From contig NW_024704770.1 in assembly GCF_018977255.1 (NCBI RefSeq), positions 2,542,001-2,606,000 on the forward strand: DNA of 64,000 bases. Direction: 5' to 3'. The notes beneath the pieces were generated by a model, which was not told the DNA's origin, searched no databases, and worked only from the letters and a program-made list of their open reading frames with translations. Positions 42,979 through 55,800 of this stretch are shown piece by piece (the first letter of the stretch is position 1; each line of letters opens with the position of its first letter). Position numbers and translations under genes: made by a program. This DNA comes from Callorhinchus milii. Its lineage: Eukaryota.

Positions 42979-44279
42979 GCCAGGGCTGATCCTCCGGTTT
43001 GAACTCCCGTGTGACGATACCAAACTTTTTCTTCCTCGATTCCTCACGTGACTTCTTCCCGAATTCACTGCCAGCCCCAAACTCCGGCAGCTCCTCCTCC
43101 TGGTAAATCTTCTTGTTGCTCAAATCTCTCTCCATCTTGGCCTGCGAGGAAAGCGGAAGTCAGCCAACAGGTACCTGACACTCCCATGTCAGCACCCTCC
43201 TTCCCTACCCCCTAAGGTCCCTCCTCCCCTCCCAGCGCCCCCTACACTCCCAGCCCCTTCCTCCTCCCCTCCCAGCTCCCTCCAACTCCTCCCAGCTCTA
43301 ACGCCTGTGCTCCCAGGTCCCTCCTCCCCTCACCCCTCCCAACCCCCTCCTCCCCTCCCCACCTGCGTCCACGTGTTGAAGTTCACTTTATCTGCTGCGT
43401 TGAACGCCATGATGTTGTATTTCTTGACGTTGTTTCTTGGGAAAAGAAAAAGGCAACGAGTTAATATAACCCCATATCACTGTCACCCTCTCCCCGCGTC
43501 ACTCCCACCCGTCCCCGAAGCTGTCTCTCCCTGAATCCTTTTGCCTTGGCCCCCCCCCCCGCCCTCTCTCCCCATTTTCAGGTCATGCTCGAAGTCCTTC
43601 CTTCACCTCCCCCGGCTCGGTGTCGGGCTCCGCCACTGTTTAAGCGCTTCGAGACCCCGTCCCGCACGAAGGGCCCTGCGCTGTTGAATACGTTGTCCCA
43701 AATATTCCCTCAACACAGAGAGGTTCTTACTTGGGAACGCGGACTGTGTACTCTGTGACGGCCTGACTGCTGGAACCCTGGAACACAGAGGGAGCAAAGT
43801 CAGTCTTAACAAAGAGACCAACTCGCAACGAAAACATCCTGCTATCTTCCCGCCGGTCAAAGCCACTCAATCCCCGACTGTTTGCGGGGAACGCTGCGGT
43901 GCGCGATCGGCTGCCGTGTTTCGCCCACAGAATGTGCAGCCAATGCACTTTACAGTCTATCCCGTGAAGCGCTTTGAGACGTCTCAAAGATATAAGGGCA
44001 CTATGTCAAATGCAGAGACTGTTATTACTACTTCACCGGAATCACAGGGATAGAGCGATGCACAATGAGAGTCTCCCGGTGGGAGGTTTACAAACCCGGT
44101 CCTTATACCCTATACCCCCCCACACCCCCCCCCCACACCCCCCACCATCTACACCCCCCCCCACACCATCTACACCCCCCACCCCCCACACCATCTACAC
44201 CCCCCCCCACACCCCCCCTACACCCCCCCCCACACCCCCACCATCTACACCCAATGGATTGACTCACCAGTGTCGCCAT
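42979..44279 (-). CDS. GTF2F1: General transcription factor IIF subunit 1 (RAP74), 5' part only
   Basis: Exons 44279-44268 (MATL), 43777-43731 (GSSSQAVTEYTVRVP), 43435-43363 (KNNVKKYNIMAFNAADKVNFNTWTQ), 43141-42979 (AKMERDLSNKKIYQEEELPEFGAGSEF...EFKPEDQPW, cut by the gap). Matches the remembered RAP74 N-terminus. Confidence 0.93.
44115..44252. repeat. C-run repeat (CACCATCTACACCCCCCC)n in a GTF2F1 intron
   Basis: Seen directly; G-run rich on the transcribed strand, just after the donor at 44267. Confidence 0.8.
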
Positions 44280-44344
44280 ATTTGAGGGATCTGTTCAATG
44301 TTCAAGTTCCAATTGAATCGGTCTTTGGAAAGAAAGATAAGTAT

Positions 44345-44490
44345 TTGGGTTTGGGGTCAGAGTCGGGGTTTGGGGTCGGGGTTTAGGGTCAGGGTTTGGG
44401 GTCGGGGTTTAAGGTCGGGTTTGGGGTGAGAGTCGGGGTTTGGGGTCAGGGTTTAGGGTCAGGGTTTGGGGTCAGAGTCGGGGTTTTGGT
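44345..44490. repeat. Degenerate telomere-like hexamer repeat (TTTGGG/TTAGGG/GTCGGG/TCAGGG)
   Basis: Seen directly; fills most of the probable 5' UTR intron 44323-44516 of GTF2F1. Confidence 0.75.
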
Positions 44491-44516
44491 GTCACTTTGA
44501 ATGGTTTTTTTGTTAC

Positions 44517-44660
44517 CGGTAAACGAGGCGACAAAGGATCCCGGGACCGACCGGAAGTCGCTCTGACACCGGAAGTCGGTCCGCCGCCCCGGAGCGTTCC
44601 CCCCCGGAAACCAGTCACGGCGCAGAAACGTTCCCGATCACTGCGGTTCCCCCACAACTC
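44517..44660 (-). promoter_or_regulatory. GTF2F1 promoter / first non-coding exon
   Basis: CpG-rich with tandem ACCGGAAGT ETS sites (~44550, ~44568); minus-strand donor CCG|GTAACA at 44517/44516. Confidence 0.6.
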
Positions 44661-45932
44661 TCACCTCGAAACATCTCCTCCTGAGAGCGGTGGAGCCTCT
44701 GAGCTCTTCACCGACAGCAATGACACGATAACAGATTGGAAGGAAAGGCGACTTTTATGCTCATCTGTGCAAATAACGACCCATTGCAGAGATAGAGGAT
44801 AGAATAATAATAATAATTATAATTATTATTAATTATTATTAATAATAATTATTATTATTATTACTATTGTTGTTGTTATTTACAGAACAAGTTTATTAGA
44901 GCTTCCCCTCCTGTCCTCTCTCACTCCTTTCCTCTCTGTGACACTGTCTGGTTTGGGCAACTTGGCAAATAACCCAATGAGTGCCACCCCCCCCCCCCCC
45001 CCACCCGCCCACAGCCTCGGGACGTCCTCCCGACGTGAAAGGCGCCGCGTAACCGATCTTCTTGTTGCCTTTAGTCAACGCGGTGTCACCGCTTGGAACC
45101 CAACGTGGAAGTGTTTGTGTCAGTGGGGCGGTGGGTTCAGGGTTAGAGACACAGTAAAGCCCCCCTCTGCCCTGTGCGTCCACACTCCCAGGTCAGGTTC
45201 AAAATGGGAGTTAAAACTCCCCCCACGTTGTACTGTGATTAACTGTAATCTGCATTAAATTCAAATGTCCGAGAAGACTTCAGCATTGAGTAAATTTCCC
45301 TGTATTGTGAGATTTTGTCTGTAAGCTTTTTATTTCCACATTTGCACTTGGGTCTCATTGTTTATCCCCACATTTCTCCCCACTCCCTCCCCCCCCCCCC
45401 CCCCCCCCCCACGATGGAGGCGTCTGCTTCAGGCACCAAGTCTCTTGACCACTACACGACTGTGTTCGCCACCTCGTGGCCACAATGGTGTCAGATGCGT
45501 TACTTCAGCAATCCTTAATAATAATAATCCTCGCACGTCTTCGAGACGTCTCAAAGGGCTTCACAGGATACGCTGTAAAGTGAATTGACTGTATATTTGT
45601 GGGGCGAAACGCGACAGTCAATTGCCCACAGCAGCGTCCCCACAAACAGTCCTGGATTGAGTGACCAATTTTTTTTTTTAAGGTATTATTGCGCCCGGAA
45701 AAGCGATTCACCAAACGACTAATAACCGGCAACCGGGTTCCTACTTACTGCTGGTAAACAGAGGCGTGTGAGTGGAGTTAGGAAACTTGCCCAGCGTTTC
45801 GCCCTCCTGGGAATGGAGAGCTCTAACCACTGAGCTGCAGGACTCTTTCACTCCAGGGTGAGGTACGTGTGGAGGTGGATGGAATATTTATTGTACAGGT
45901 TTCGGAATAAATACAGTGTCGGTGCCTGAGGG

Positions 45933-48900
45933 TCAAGAGGGGTCTGTGTCAGAGTCAGAGTCAGTGTAGTCGGCCACGAGAGAACAGACGCTTGTGTCTT
46001 GATCCGCGCCCGCTGTGTTTGAACCGTCCCTGCTTGTGTTGTCCACCGGTTGCTCATTGTAACAGATTCCCTCCTTTCCTTGCCCTGTCTCTGTCTCTAA
46101 TCCGGAGTCTGGATTTCCACCCGCACGATCCTGAATCGCCAAACACTCCTCTGCTTTTCGTCGGACGATTTGCAGCTGGCAAGGCAGCCTCCCGGTGAGG
46201 GCGAGCCCGTGAGAGACTTTCCCCGGCGTGGCTTTGCTGAGCCCGAGTTTCTTTAGCGTCTCTCCGGCCCGGTCGCCCCCAGGGCTGGCCGCTGGGGGCA
46301 ACCAGGGTCTTGCAGTGATCTCCTGCCGTTTCATTCTCTGCTTGTCCTCGTACGCTGTGGGCCAAAGAACAGGCAGCGACCGGGTGATTCAGGGCCTGTC
46401 CTCTATCACTATCTCATACCGCAGTTTAAAGCTAACACAAACTGAGGGATTATCAGTCAGCCACACACACACTCTCAACCACAAGCACACATGCACACAC
46501 ACACATGCACACTCACACACACAGGCACACACACACATACAGGTATACACACACACACACACACACACACAGGCACATTCATACACTTAGGCACACTTGT
46601 ACACATAGTCACACTCAAACTCACTCTCTCACACTCACAGTCCAGGCTGCGCAGTTTGAGCAGTGTGGCCAGTTGTCTGTCCTGCTCGCTCTCGGGGACC
46701 AGAGGGAAACTGAAACACGTTCGGCTCCTCAACTCCGAGTCCCGCTCCTCCGCCTCCTTCAGCTCTTTCTTCTCATCCTAATAACAGGAGAGAGAGAGAG
46801 AGACGTTAGCCCTGAGCTCAGCAACAACTTTCAGAACATTCTCAGCTCTCCCCCACTCCACACACACACACACACACACACAGACATACGCCACACAGAC
46901 AGACATACACACAGAGGCAAACACCCTTCCGGAGACATCGCTCGACCCTGATTGCTCACTCAAGGGCAAATATTATGTTTGATCCTGTTCTGCTCCCTCT
47001 CTCCCCCCCACCCCGCACACTTGATGCAGGATTTGGGGTTTCCACACGCTCGGCTGAGCTGTACCCTCCCCCCACACCCCCTTGCCCCATCCGCCACCGC
47101 TCCCCCCACTCCCCCCACCCGGAGGGTCTGCGATGCAACCTGACCCGGAATTTCCTGCGCAGGAGGCTGTTGATGGCAAAGTCGTCCTTCCACGGGCTCT
47201 GCATCTCCTGGATGTTGGCCAGGGTGGGAATGGCCGTTCTCAGCTTCTGCTGATCCTGGACACCATGTTCCAGTTTGTACATCGGGTCCGTCTCCAGCTT
47301 CTGCTTCTCCTCGTGCTCTGTGAGGGGCAACGTGGTGGTGGGGGGGGGGAGGGGCAAGCAGGATAAAGAGCCATCGCAAACATCAGCAAAATAGTAATAA
47401 TAATAATCCTTGCATTTGATACAGCACCTTATCACGTCTTCGAGACGTCTCAAAGCACTTCACAGAATAGACTGTAAAGTGTAGTGACTTTGGGTTTTGT
47501 GAGTGAAACACGACAGCAGTGTCCCACAAACAGCTGTGGACTGAGTGACCAAATTATTATCACAATTATTATAATAATCCACAGGGGATCATATGACTGT
47601 GAAGGGTCACAGGTTCCCCTTAGAGCACGTCTGTTTCTTGAGAGTGCTTATTGAAGTCAAGATAAAGGCCATTGATCAGAATCTATGCCACACACTGCTT
47701 CCTCTCCCCCAACTGAGTATTAACTGAGCGGTTACACAGACACAGGAGGAGGCCATTCAGGACCTCGAGCCTGTTCCGCCATTCGTTACGTAGCAGTAAG
47801 TAAGTAAGTCAATCAGTAAGTCACGGAACCCTATTATTATTCTATAAAATCATGGCTGATCTGTACCTCAAGTCCAATTGCCCCCTCGCCCCTTGATGCC
47901 CTGACCTAACAAACGGTCACTCACCAGTGGTCAGGATCTGCTCATTGTCCTTCATGTCCCACCGTTCCTCCTTCCTCCGAGCTCCGCTCACAATCACGTA
48001 GTCACAGTTTGCCGGGTCCGTCTGCATCTCAATGTAGTTCACGCACAGGTGGCACTTCATCCGAAACCTGCAACAGGGAGCAGAGGCTCAGCAACACAGC
48101 GAGAGAGTGAGTTCCTGTCCTCTACCCCTTCCCCCCCCCACCCTATAATAATACTTTCATTTGATACAGCGTTTTATCACGTCTTCGAGACGTCTCAAAG
48201 CGCTTCACAGAATACGCTGTAAAGTGTAGTGACTGTGTGTTTTGTGGGCAAAACAGGGTGTAGGCGCTCTGGGAGGCTACCTTGCGTGAGGGGTGCTATG
48301 TACATGCACGTTGTTGTTGTTGCCAGACAGCCACTGTCAGCAGGGCACAGGGAGTGGCTGTGGGTTGGGCACTGGCTGGCTCTGTGTGAAGGTGAACGCT
48401 CACTCAGTAAAGCAGGAGGACTGTACCTGTAGATGGGAGTGGTGTAGTAGTTCCCAACTTTCTTCTTCTCTGCATTGTAACGGACACCTGGAGCCAGAGA
48501 AGGAGAATAATAATAATAATAATCCCTGCATTTGATACAATGCCTCATCACGGTATTATTATTACCCTCGGAAAAGCGATCCCCCAATCGACTAACAACA
48601 GGGTTCCTACTTACCGCTGGGTAAACAAGAGGAGTGTATGTGGAGTAAGGAAACTTGCCCAACGTTTCTCCCTGCCGGGAATCAAACGCAGGTCTCTCGC
48701 TTGCGAGGAGAGTGCTCTAAACACTGAGCTACATTTCCTGCTCATCCTGAAGTCACTGTCCAGCTGCTCCTGGTATGTTATAACCCCATTGGTGCTATAG
48801 AGCATCACGCTGATCGATCACAGGCAGACTGAAACTCCCTGCACACATCGGATCACCAGCAGTACGCTCCCCCACCACTGCTGCACTTCAAATTTCCACC

Positions 48901-51251
48901 TCCATCCTCTGGCCTTTTTGAGTGAAACTCACAGCTTTGCCTGAAGGCAAATTCATCGCGTGGATCATCAGCCACAGCAACTGGTCTCAAAGCAGAGGCT
49001 GACAGCAGTACATCACCCTGACTGGTTTCCCAATTACATCTCAGTCATCTCTCTCTCTCTGCCTCTTCCTCTATCTGCCTCCCTACCAACCAGCCTCCTA
49101 TAGATTATCCATCTGTTAGTATCTTACCCATTCCAATGTGCTTCCCACATCCATCACACCAGATGTTGTATGGCATCTCAAACCTTAAAGAAACACAAAG
49201 CAACCGTTACTGGAAGATAAACAACGACCTCCATTTATAATGGCGGCCTTCAGGCGGGATAGCATCCCGGAGCGCTTGTTTAAGAGCCCTTAAACAGGTG
49301 AACAATTCTAATGAAACACACCGGTGTTTGTCGTTGTGGAGTCACACAAGTCACAACAGCTGCCTGCGATTATAGAGTGACCCTCACGTATGACGATGTC
49401 TCGAAGCGTTTTTACAGCGTGTGGGAACCAGATCACGGCGGGAAATAATAATAATAATCCTTGCATTTGACATAGCGCCTTATCACGTCTTCGAGACGTC
49501 TCAAAGGGCTTTAATGACTGAAGGCGTAGAAGAAGTGGGGAAGCGCGTTGATCTGGAGTTTGATGGAGCCAGAGGAGGAGTGAACAGGACGACTCACCGA
49601 ATGATAAGGATTCCTTGGGACAGTTTACGGGCTCGCTCCCGCAGAGGGTGGCTGTTTCGATACTTGTTGAGAGAGACATGCTATTGTACAGGAGAAACAA
49701 AACAAGTCAGTTCAGAGGAAAACATGGCAAAAAAGCGCTTAATAATATTAATAATAATCCTCGCATTTGACACAGCGCCTTATCACGTCTTCGAGACGTC
49801 TCAAAGCGCTTCACGGGATACACTGTAAAGAGTGACTGTGTATTTTGTGGGCGAAATGAGGCAGGCAGAGGTGTGCGTGGAGTAAGGAAACTTGCCTAAG
49901 GTTTTTATCTGCCCGGGAATCAAACCCAGGTCCCCTCATTTGCAAAGTGAGCGCTCTAACCACTGAGCTACACCTGTAGATTCAAACCACGACTGAAATG
50001 TTGGGAGATTTCCACAACGCACCGGACAGAGCCCCTCCTCAGTGAAACCTCAGCCTCGCGAACGTATCAGTTCTATCCCCATCGCTGACTCAGTTTCAAA
50101 CACTCGAAAGGCTTACCTTAGCTGGGTCGAAGTCAGGCGGGTAGTACTTATTCACACCTTTGCGTTCACCCTGGAGGCAAGGAAATAGAACTGAAGATGA
50201 TCAGTAAGAAGATCGACCCATGACAGATTATAGACACCACCTGGACTTGTCGCAACTTCCATCAATCTCAAACACCAGCAACAAACGACATTTACGCAGC
50301 GCCTGTCACGTCAGGAGGACGTCCCAAGGCGCTGGACAGTCAGGGATCCGCACCTGAGCTGGTGGTTGGGATCAGGAGGGGTGGAGGGCGGGGAGGGGAG
50401 GGGGTAGGAGGGTGACCGAAGGCGCGGTTGAAGAGGAGGGTCTTGAATGAGGCGGAGGGACTGCGGGATGGCGTTCCAGAGGCTGGAGGCTTGGGAGCTG
50501 TTGCGGTTGGAGCGGAGAGAATGTGAACTGCAGTAAAAGATGCATTTCCCGACAGATTTGAACAATCGCACAGTGAGAAAAGCGAAGGATATAATTTCCC
50601 CCGAAATCAATCAGTCAATAAGCAAATCAACCAATGATATAAATCATCATCTGGAAAGTTAGTCCAGAACTGACTGACTGACAGCGACTGCCTCTGAGCT
50701 GTATCACACTCACTGACCCTCACACTCACTGACCCTCACTCTCTCACTGACCCTCACTCTCTCACTGACCCTCACTCTCTCACTGACCCTCACTCTCTCA
50801 CTAACCCTCACTCACTGACCCTCACTCTCTCACTGACCCTCACTCTCTCACTGACCCTCACTCTCTCACTGACCCTCACTCTCTCACTGACCCTCACTCC
50901 ACTGCCACTCACTAACCCTCACTCACTGACCCTCACTCACTGCTACTCACTCACTGACCCTCTCACTCACTCACTGACCGTCACTCACTGCTACTCACTC
51001 ACTGACCCTCACTCATTGCTACTCACTCACTGACCCACACTCACTGACCCTCACTCTCTCACTGACCCTCACTCACTGCCACTCACTCACTGACCCTCAC
51101 TGCCACTCACTGCCACTCACTCACTGACCCTCACTCACTGACCCTCACTCACTGACCCTCACTCACTGCTACTCACTCACTGACCCTCTCACTCACTCAC
51201 TGACCCTCTCACTCACTCACTGCTACTCACTCACTGACCGTCACTCACCAT
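45933..51251 (-). CDS. YJU2B: Probable splicing factor YJU2B (CCDC130); 9 coding exons
   Basis: Exons 51251-51249 (ATG only), 50170-50117, 49680-49598, 49183-49128, 48487-48427, 48067-47925, 47317-47145, 46777-46639, 46354-45933. Translation MGERKGVNKYYPPDFDP...RFEMPYNIWCDGC...[29 protein letters not shown]...QTDPANCDY...SLVADYTDSDSD. AATAAA on the minus strand at 45887-45892. Confidence 0.95.
50708..51248. repeat. ~540-bp compound minisatellite (CTCACTGACC / CTCA / CTCACTGCYA)
   Basis: Seen directly; abuts the donor of the YJU2B ATG exon. Confidence 0.92.
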
Positions 51252-51422
51252 CTTGAGATGAATTCACTCTCAGACGCTCTGTGGACAAAACAAGAGACAG
51301 AAGCAGAGACCGAGAGAGAGAGAGAGAGAGAAGCGGATAGAGCCGCGACCCCAGGCCCAGGCCTCGGCCTCTCCCTCCGGGTCTAGGCCTCGGCCTCGGC
51401 CTCGCTCACTCTCTCTGCCTGG

Positions 51423-51582
51423 GCCCGGGCCTCTCCTCTCGGTGCCCCTCTCCCCGGGGCCTCTCCTCTCGGTGCCCTTCCCCCCGGGGCCTCTCCTCTC
51501 GGTGCCCCTCCCCCCGGGGCCTCTCCTCTCGGTGCCCCTCCCCCCGGGGCCTCTCCTCTCGGTGTCCCTCCCCCGGGGCCTC
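51423..51582. repeat. 30-bp minisatellite x5 (CCGGGGCCTCTCCTCTCGGTGCCCCTCCCC)
   Basis: Seen directly; produces the spurious GEGHREERPR repeat ORF. Confidence 0.92.
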
Positions 51583-51599
51583 GCTGTCCGGCTCTGGGC

Positions 51600-51765
51600 C
51601 TCTCCCTCTCGCGCTGCCCCGGCGACCGGGCGTGAAGCCGGACAGGGCCCGGATCACGTGACCAGGGGGTGCGCGTGACACCGACCGCAGCCTCACCGCC
51701 AGGTGTCGCCCTGCCTCAGCCACAGCAACGGGTAGGGGCGCGGCCCGGGGCGGGGCTGTGGGACT
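51600..51765 (-). promoter_or_regulatory. YJU2B CpG-island promoter / first exon
   Basis: CpG-rich, TCACGTGA E-box ~51655, GC boxes, minus-strand donor GCG|GTGAGG at ~51697. Confidence 0.55.
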
Positions 51766-52070
51766 GGGGGCTGTGGCTGGGGGGGGCTGTGGGCTGGGGG
51801 GGGGGCTATGGCTGGGGGGGCTATGGCGGGGGGGGGGCTATGGCCGGGGGGGGGGGCTATGGCTGGGGGGGGGCTATGGCTGGGGGGGGGCTATGGCTGG
51901 GGGGGGGCTATGGCTGGGGGGGGGCTATGGCGGGGGGGGGGCTATGGCCGGGGGGGGGCTATGGCGGGGGGGGGGGCTATGGCCGGGGGGGGGGGCTATG
52001 GCCGGGGGGGTGGCTATGGCTGGGGGGGGCTATGGCCGGGGGGGGGGGGGGGGGGGGCTATGGCGGGGGT
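51766..52070. repeat. G-run repeat (GGCTATGGC(Y)G7-17)n
   Basis: Seen directly; about 17 units; G-quadruplex-prone. Confidence 0.9.
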
Positions 52071-52225
52071 TTGCTGTGTGTGTGTTGATGTTTAATAATA
52101 ATAATATAATAATAATAATCTTTGCGTTTGATACAGCGCCGGATCACGTCTTTCGAGACGTCTCAAAGCGCTTCACGGGATATACCGGCGGATCAGGTCA
52201 GTCAGGTCAGGTCAGGGTGATACCG

Positions 52226-52485
52226 NNNNNNNNNNNNNNNNNNNNNNNNNNNNNNNNNNNNNNNNNNNNNNNNNNNNNNNNNNNNNNNNNNNNNNNNNNN
52301 NNNNNNNNNNNNNNNNNNNNNNNNNNNNNNNNNNNNNNNNNNNNNNNNNNNNNNNNNNNNNNNNNNNNNNNNNNNNNNNNNNNNNNNNNNNNNNNNNNNN
52401 NNNNNNNNNNNNNNNNNNNNNNNNNNNNNNNNNNNNNNNNNNNNNNNNNNNNNNNNNNNNNNNNNNNNNNNNNNNNNNNNNNNNA
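52226..52485. other. Assembly gap (260 N)
   Basis: N run flanked by SINE fragments in opposite orientations. Confidence 0.97.
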
Positions 52486-52718
52486 GTTGGACCCCACGTG
52501 TTGGTGGATTGGTGCCCACGCTTTTCCGGTGGATAATAATCCCTTCAAAACAAATAATAATAATAATAATAATTTGGTCACTCACTCAACCCACAGCTGT
52601 TTGTGGGACACCACTTGTGTGCAATTGTATTTCTCCCAAAATACACCGTCGCTACTCTTTACAGCATATTCTGTGAAGCACTTTGAGACGTCTCGAAGAC
52701 GCGATCAGGTGCTTTATC

Positions 52719-52866
52719 GCCCTGCCTGCCTGCCTGCCGGCCCTGCCTGCCTGCCCTGCCTGCCTGCCCGCCGGCCCCTGCCTGCCTGCCCGCCGGCCCT
52801 GCCTGCCTGCCCTGCCTGCCCTGCCTGCCTGCCTGCCTGCCGGCCCTGCCTGCCCTGCCGGCCCTG
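52719..52866. repeat. (CCTG)n / GCCGGCCCTG compound microsatellite
   Basis: Seen directly. Confidence 0.9.
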
Positions 52867-55800
52867 GAATTGCCAGCACTGCCCAGTGACTCTCGCTTTT
52901 GAGGTGAGCGCTCTAACCACTGAGCTGCACGACTCCAAAAGATGTGTTCCTTTGACGTGCGGTGCGGCTCGAGGCAGACACAGAGGTGCACTCAGCACTC
53001 ACACACGTACGCCCCAAAATACCTGTGCACGGTATAGTGTGCACGCGACTGCCTGGAATTTTGGAAGACGAACCAGATGGACCTTTTTGCATCTTATGTT
53101 AACTGTTGTGTGCAGAAACGTTTTGAGTTACAGGAAATGCTCATCACACTTTTGAAGTGGACCTGAAGTGTTATTGCCGATGATAATTCTCTGTAAACGC
53201 CAAAACACAAAGACCTGTTTGTGGGTTTGACCTCATCCTTTCTGTATTCACATCTGAAAAGGTGTCAAGAGGTGATCAAAGGCAAAGGAGGTTGTCAGCT
53301 GAAGCAATACTGGGGCAGTTCTGAGGCAACATCAATACAATCATTCCATAAGGGAAACGGATTAGCACCTAAGAAGTTTTAAAAACATTAAGGGATATGG
53401 GGAAAGACGATTAATAAAGCAAAAGATGACTTAAAAAATAGAGGTGGGCCAAATGGCCTCCTTCTCTGCTGAGAATGTTTGTGTACTTTCCACGTCACTG
53501 TGTGTAAATGTGACGGACTAAACGATAACATTGAATATCCCTCAGGGCAAAAGCTTAGGCAAGTTTCCTTACTCCACACACAAGCCTCTGTTTACCGTGC
53601 GGTAAGTAGGAACCCGCTTGCGAGTCGATTTGGCCAATCGCTTTCCGGGGGTAATAACTCCTTCCAAAAATAGTAATGTTAATAATAAATTTGTCACTCA
53701 ATCCACCAATGTTTGTGGGACACTGCAGTACACAATTGGCTGCTGCATTTCGCCCACAAAACACAGTATATCCAGTGAAGCGCTTTGAGACGTCTCGAAG
53801 ACGTGATAAGGCGCTATATCAAAGGCCAGGATTATCATTAGGATTATTATTAATATCCCAGCCTGATCCTTATGCACAGACGAGCACATTCCAACAGGCA
53901 GGATAGTGATCAGGAACGGGAATTCTGGCTGACTTTTCGCCCGCTCTAACCCAGTGGTGATGGGGCCAATTGAGAGCCCTGTACTGACTGCTGCCTGGGT
54001 TAAATATTCTGACGTTCAGTGTCTAGACTCTTGACACCCACAGAATCACAGATACTACATATTAGATATTAAATACATGTCGCCAATGTGGATGTGATGG
54101 TGGAGGCAGCATTAACGACCACTTCAGCTTTTCATTTACCGTCAATTAACATCAGGGAAATTCTAAAACAGTTCTCTGACTGGTGAATAACTTTCCTACC
54201 GCTTGACTTCAAACATCTGCCAGCTTTCACTATCATCACTTGTACCATTAGGGACTTCACCTGATTCACATCTGCTTTGACGTACTTTTTCCCCTCTCTC
54301 TTTGTCACAAACAGAAACCAACAATATTTCACTCACCTAAATGTCAGTCTGTGCCTCATACATCCTGTGACTCCAAATCCACCCACTCACACCAGTCAGG
54401 TATTTCATGATCAAAACACATGACCTACACGTCAGGAGGACGTCCCAAGGCGCTGGACAGTCTGGGATTTGACCCGAGCTGGTGGTTGGGGTCAGGAGGG
54501 GTGGAGGGAAGGTTGGGGTCGGAGAGTGGCCGAACATGCAATCGAAGAAGAGGGTCTTGAGACGTGTTTTGAAGGTAGGGAGCGAGGCGGAGGGATTGTG
54601 GGATGGAGTTCCAGAAGGCGAGGGGGATGGGGGAGCAGCAGATAAACAGAGCCAACCAATTCTGTTCGTATTTCTGTAGAAAATATTTATTTTTGTCTAT
54701 CGCATCCGATATCGTACCTTGCTTATCATATACATTTATACATTGTTAATAAACCGTAAACATTCTAAAATGTCGGCTCTAGCTGTAGTGTTACAATTGA
54801 AACTACACAAACGCGGCATTATCTAACCTTCATTTCAATGGCTATCTGCACGCCCTCTCCCGCAATGCGGATACGCCAAGGCCATTGCCACAAAACGCGG
54901 TGTGACGCAGATTATCGAAGGAGGAGGTGGTCATTGTTGAAACGGTGTGCAGACAATTCCTTTCGACGCCTCACATGGGATTTTGTATGGACAGCGGAGG
55001 GAGGGAGTGGAGGAGGGGGGAATGGGAGGGAGGGAAGAGGGAGAGGGGGGGGAAGGAGGAGAGGGGGGGGGGAAGGGGAGAGGGGGGGGGAGGGGAAGAG
55101 TGGGGGAAGGGAGGAAGGGGAAGACATGGGGCAAAACGTGATCTGTGCAACGTCAAAGGTCCCCAGATATTATTGGAGAAGAGACGTTACATTTCTCGTG
55201 CGCTTACCGATTCTCCAGGGGAGTTGATTATTCACAGTGTGCTGCACCAATCTCGCTGGCAGCAAGGAAATTGTCCACAAAAACAGTCACTGCACTTGAC
55301 AGTACTCGCTTGAGTAGTGCTTCGAGATATTTCAAGACATTTATAAGGCACAACAAACAATACACCTTTTTTCTTTGATCCATGAAGATACTCATACAAG
55401 AGGGGGGAGGGGGTTGTGGGTGAATTGATTGCACGGACACACGTTTGCACCGTGACACAAATGAGCCGTGCAGTGCCAGGCGGGAAGTGAATCGATTTCT
55501 TTCACGCACAGGAGCTGACACCGAGGGTAGCTTAGTTCCACTGGCCAAGTGCACAAAAATAATAATCATAGGTCAGGCAAGGAGGGCACCTCAGATCAAA
55601 TCTGCACATCACAGCTAAGAGAATTGGTTTTGAACCGTTTGATTGCTGTAGACATTAAACGCTTAGTATTTGTGCGACTCTCCTCTGAAATCCTCTCAGG
55701 CAATGTAAATGTGAAAATGTGGCGGGAGCTGGGAGGAGTTCGTCAAACTAGAGAGGAGATTCAGCTTGAAGATTAATCGGCAGTAGATTGTCAGGCGATT

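Noticed and set aside
50708-51582. CRISPR-like arrays
   Set aside because: Vertebrate DNA; simple tandem repeats with no unique spacers and no cas genes.
51669-53155. Long Gly-rich ORFs (465 aa etc.)
   Set aside because: Translation of G-run and CCTG repeats read through an N gap.
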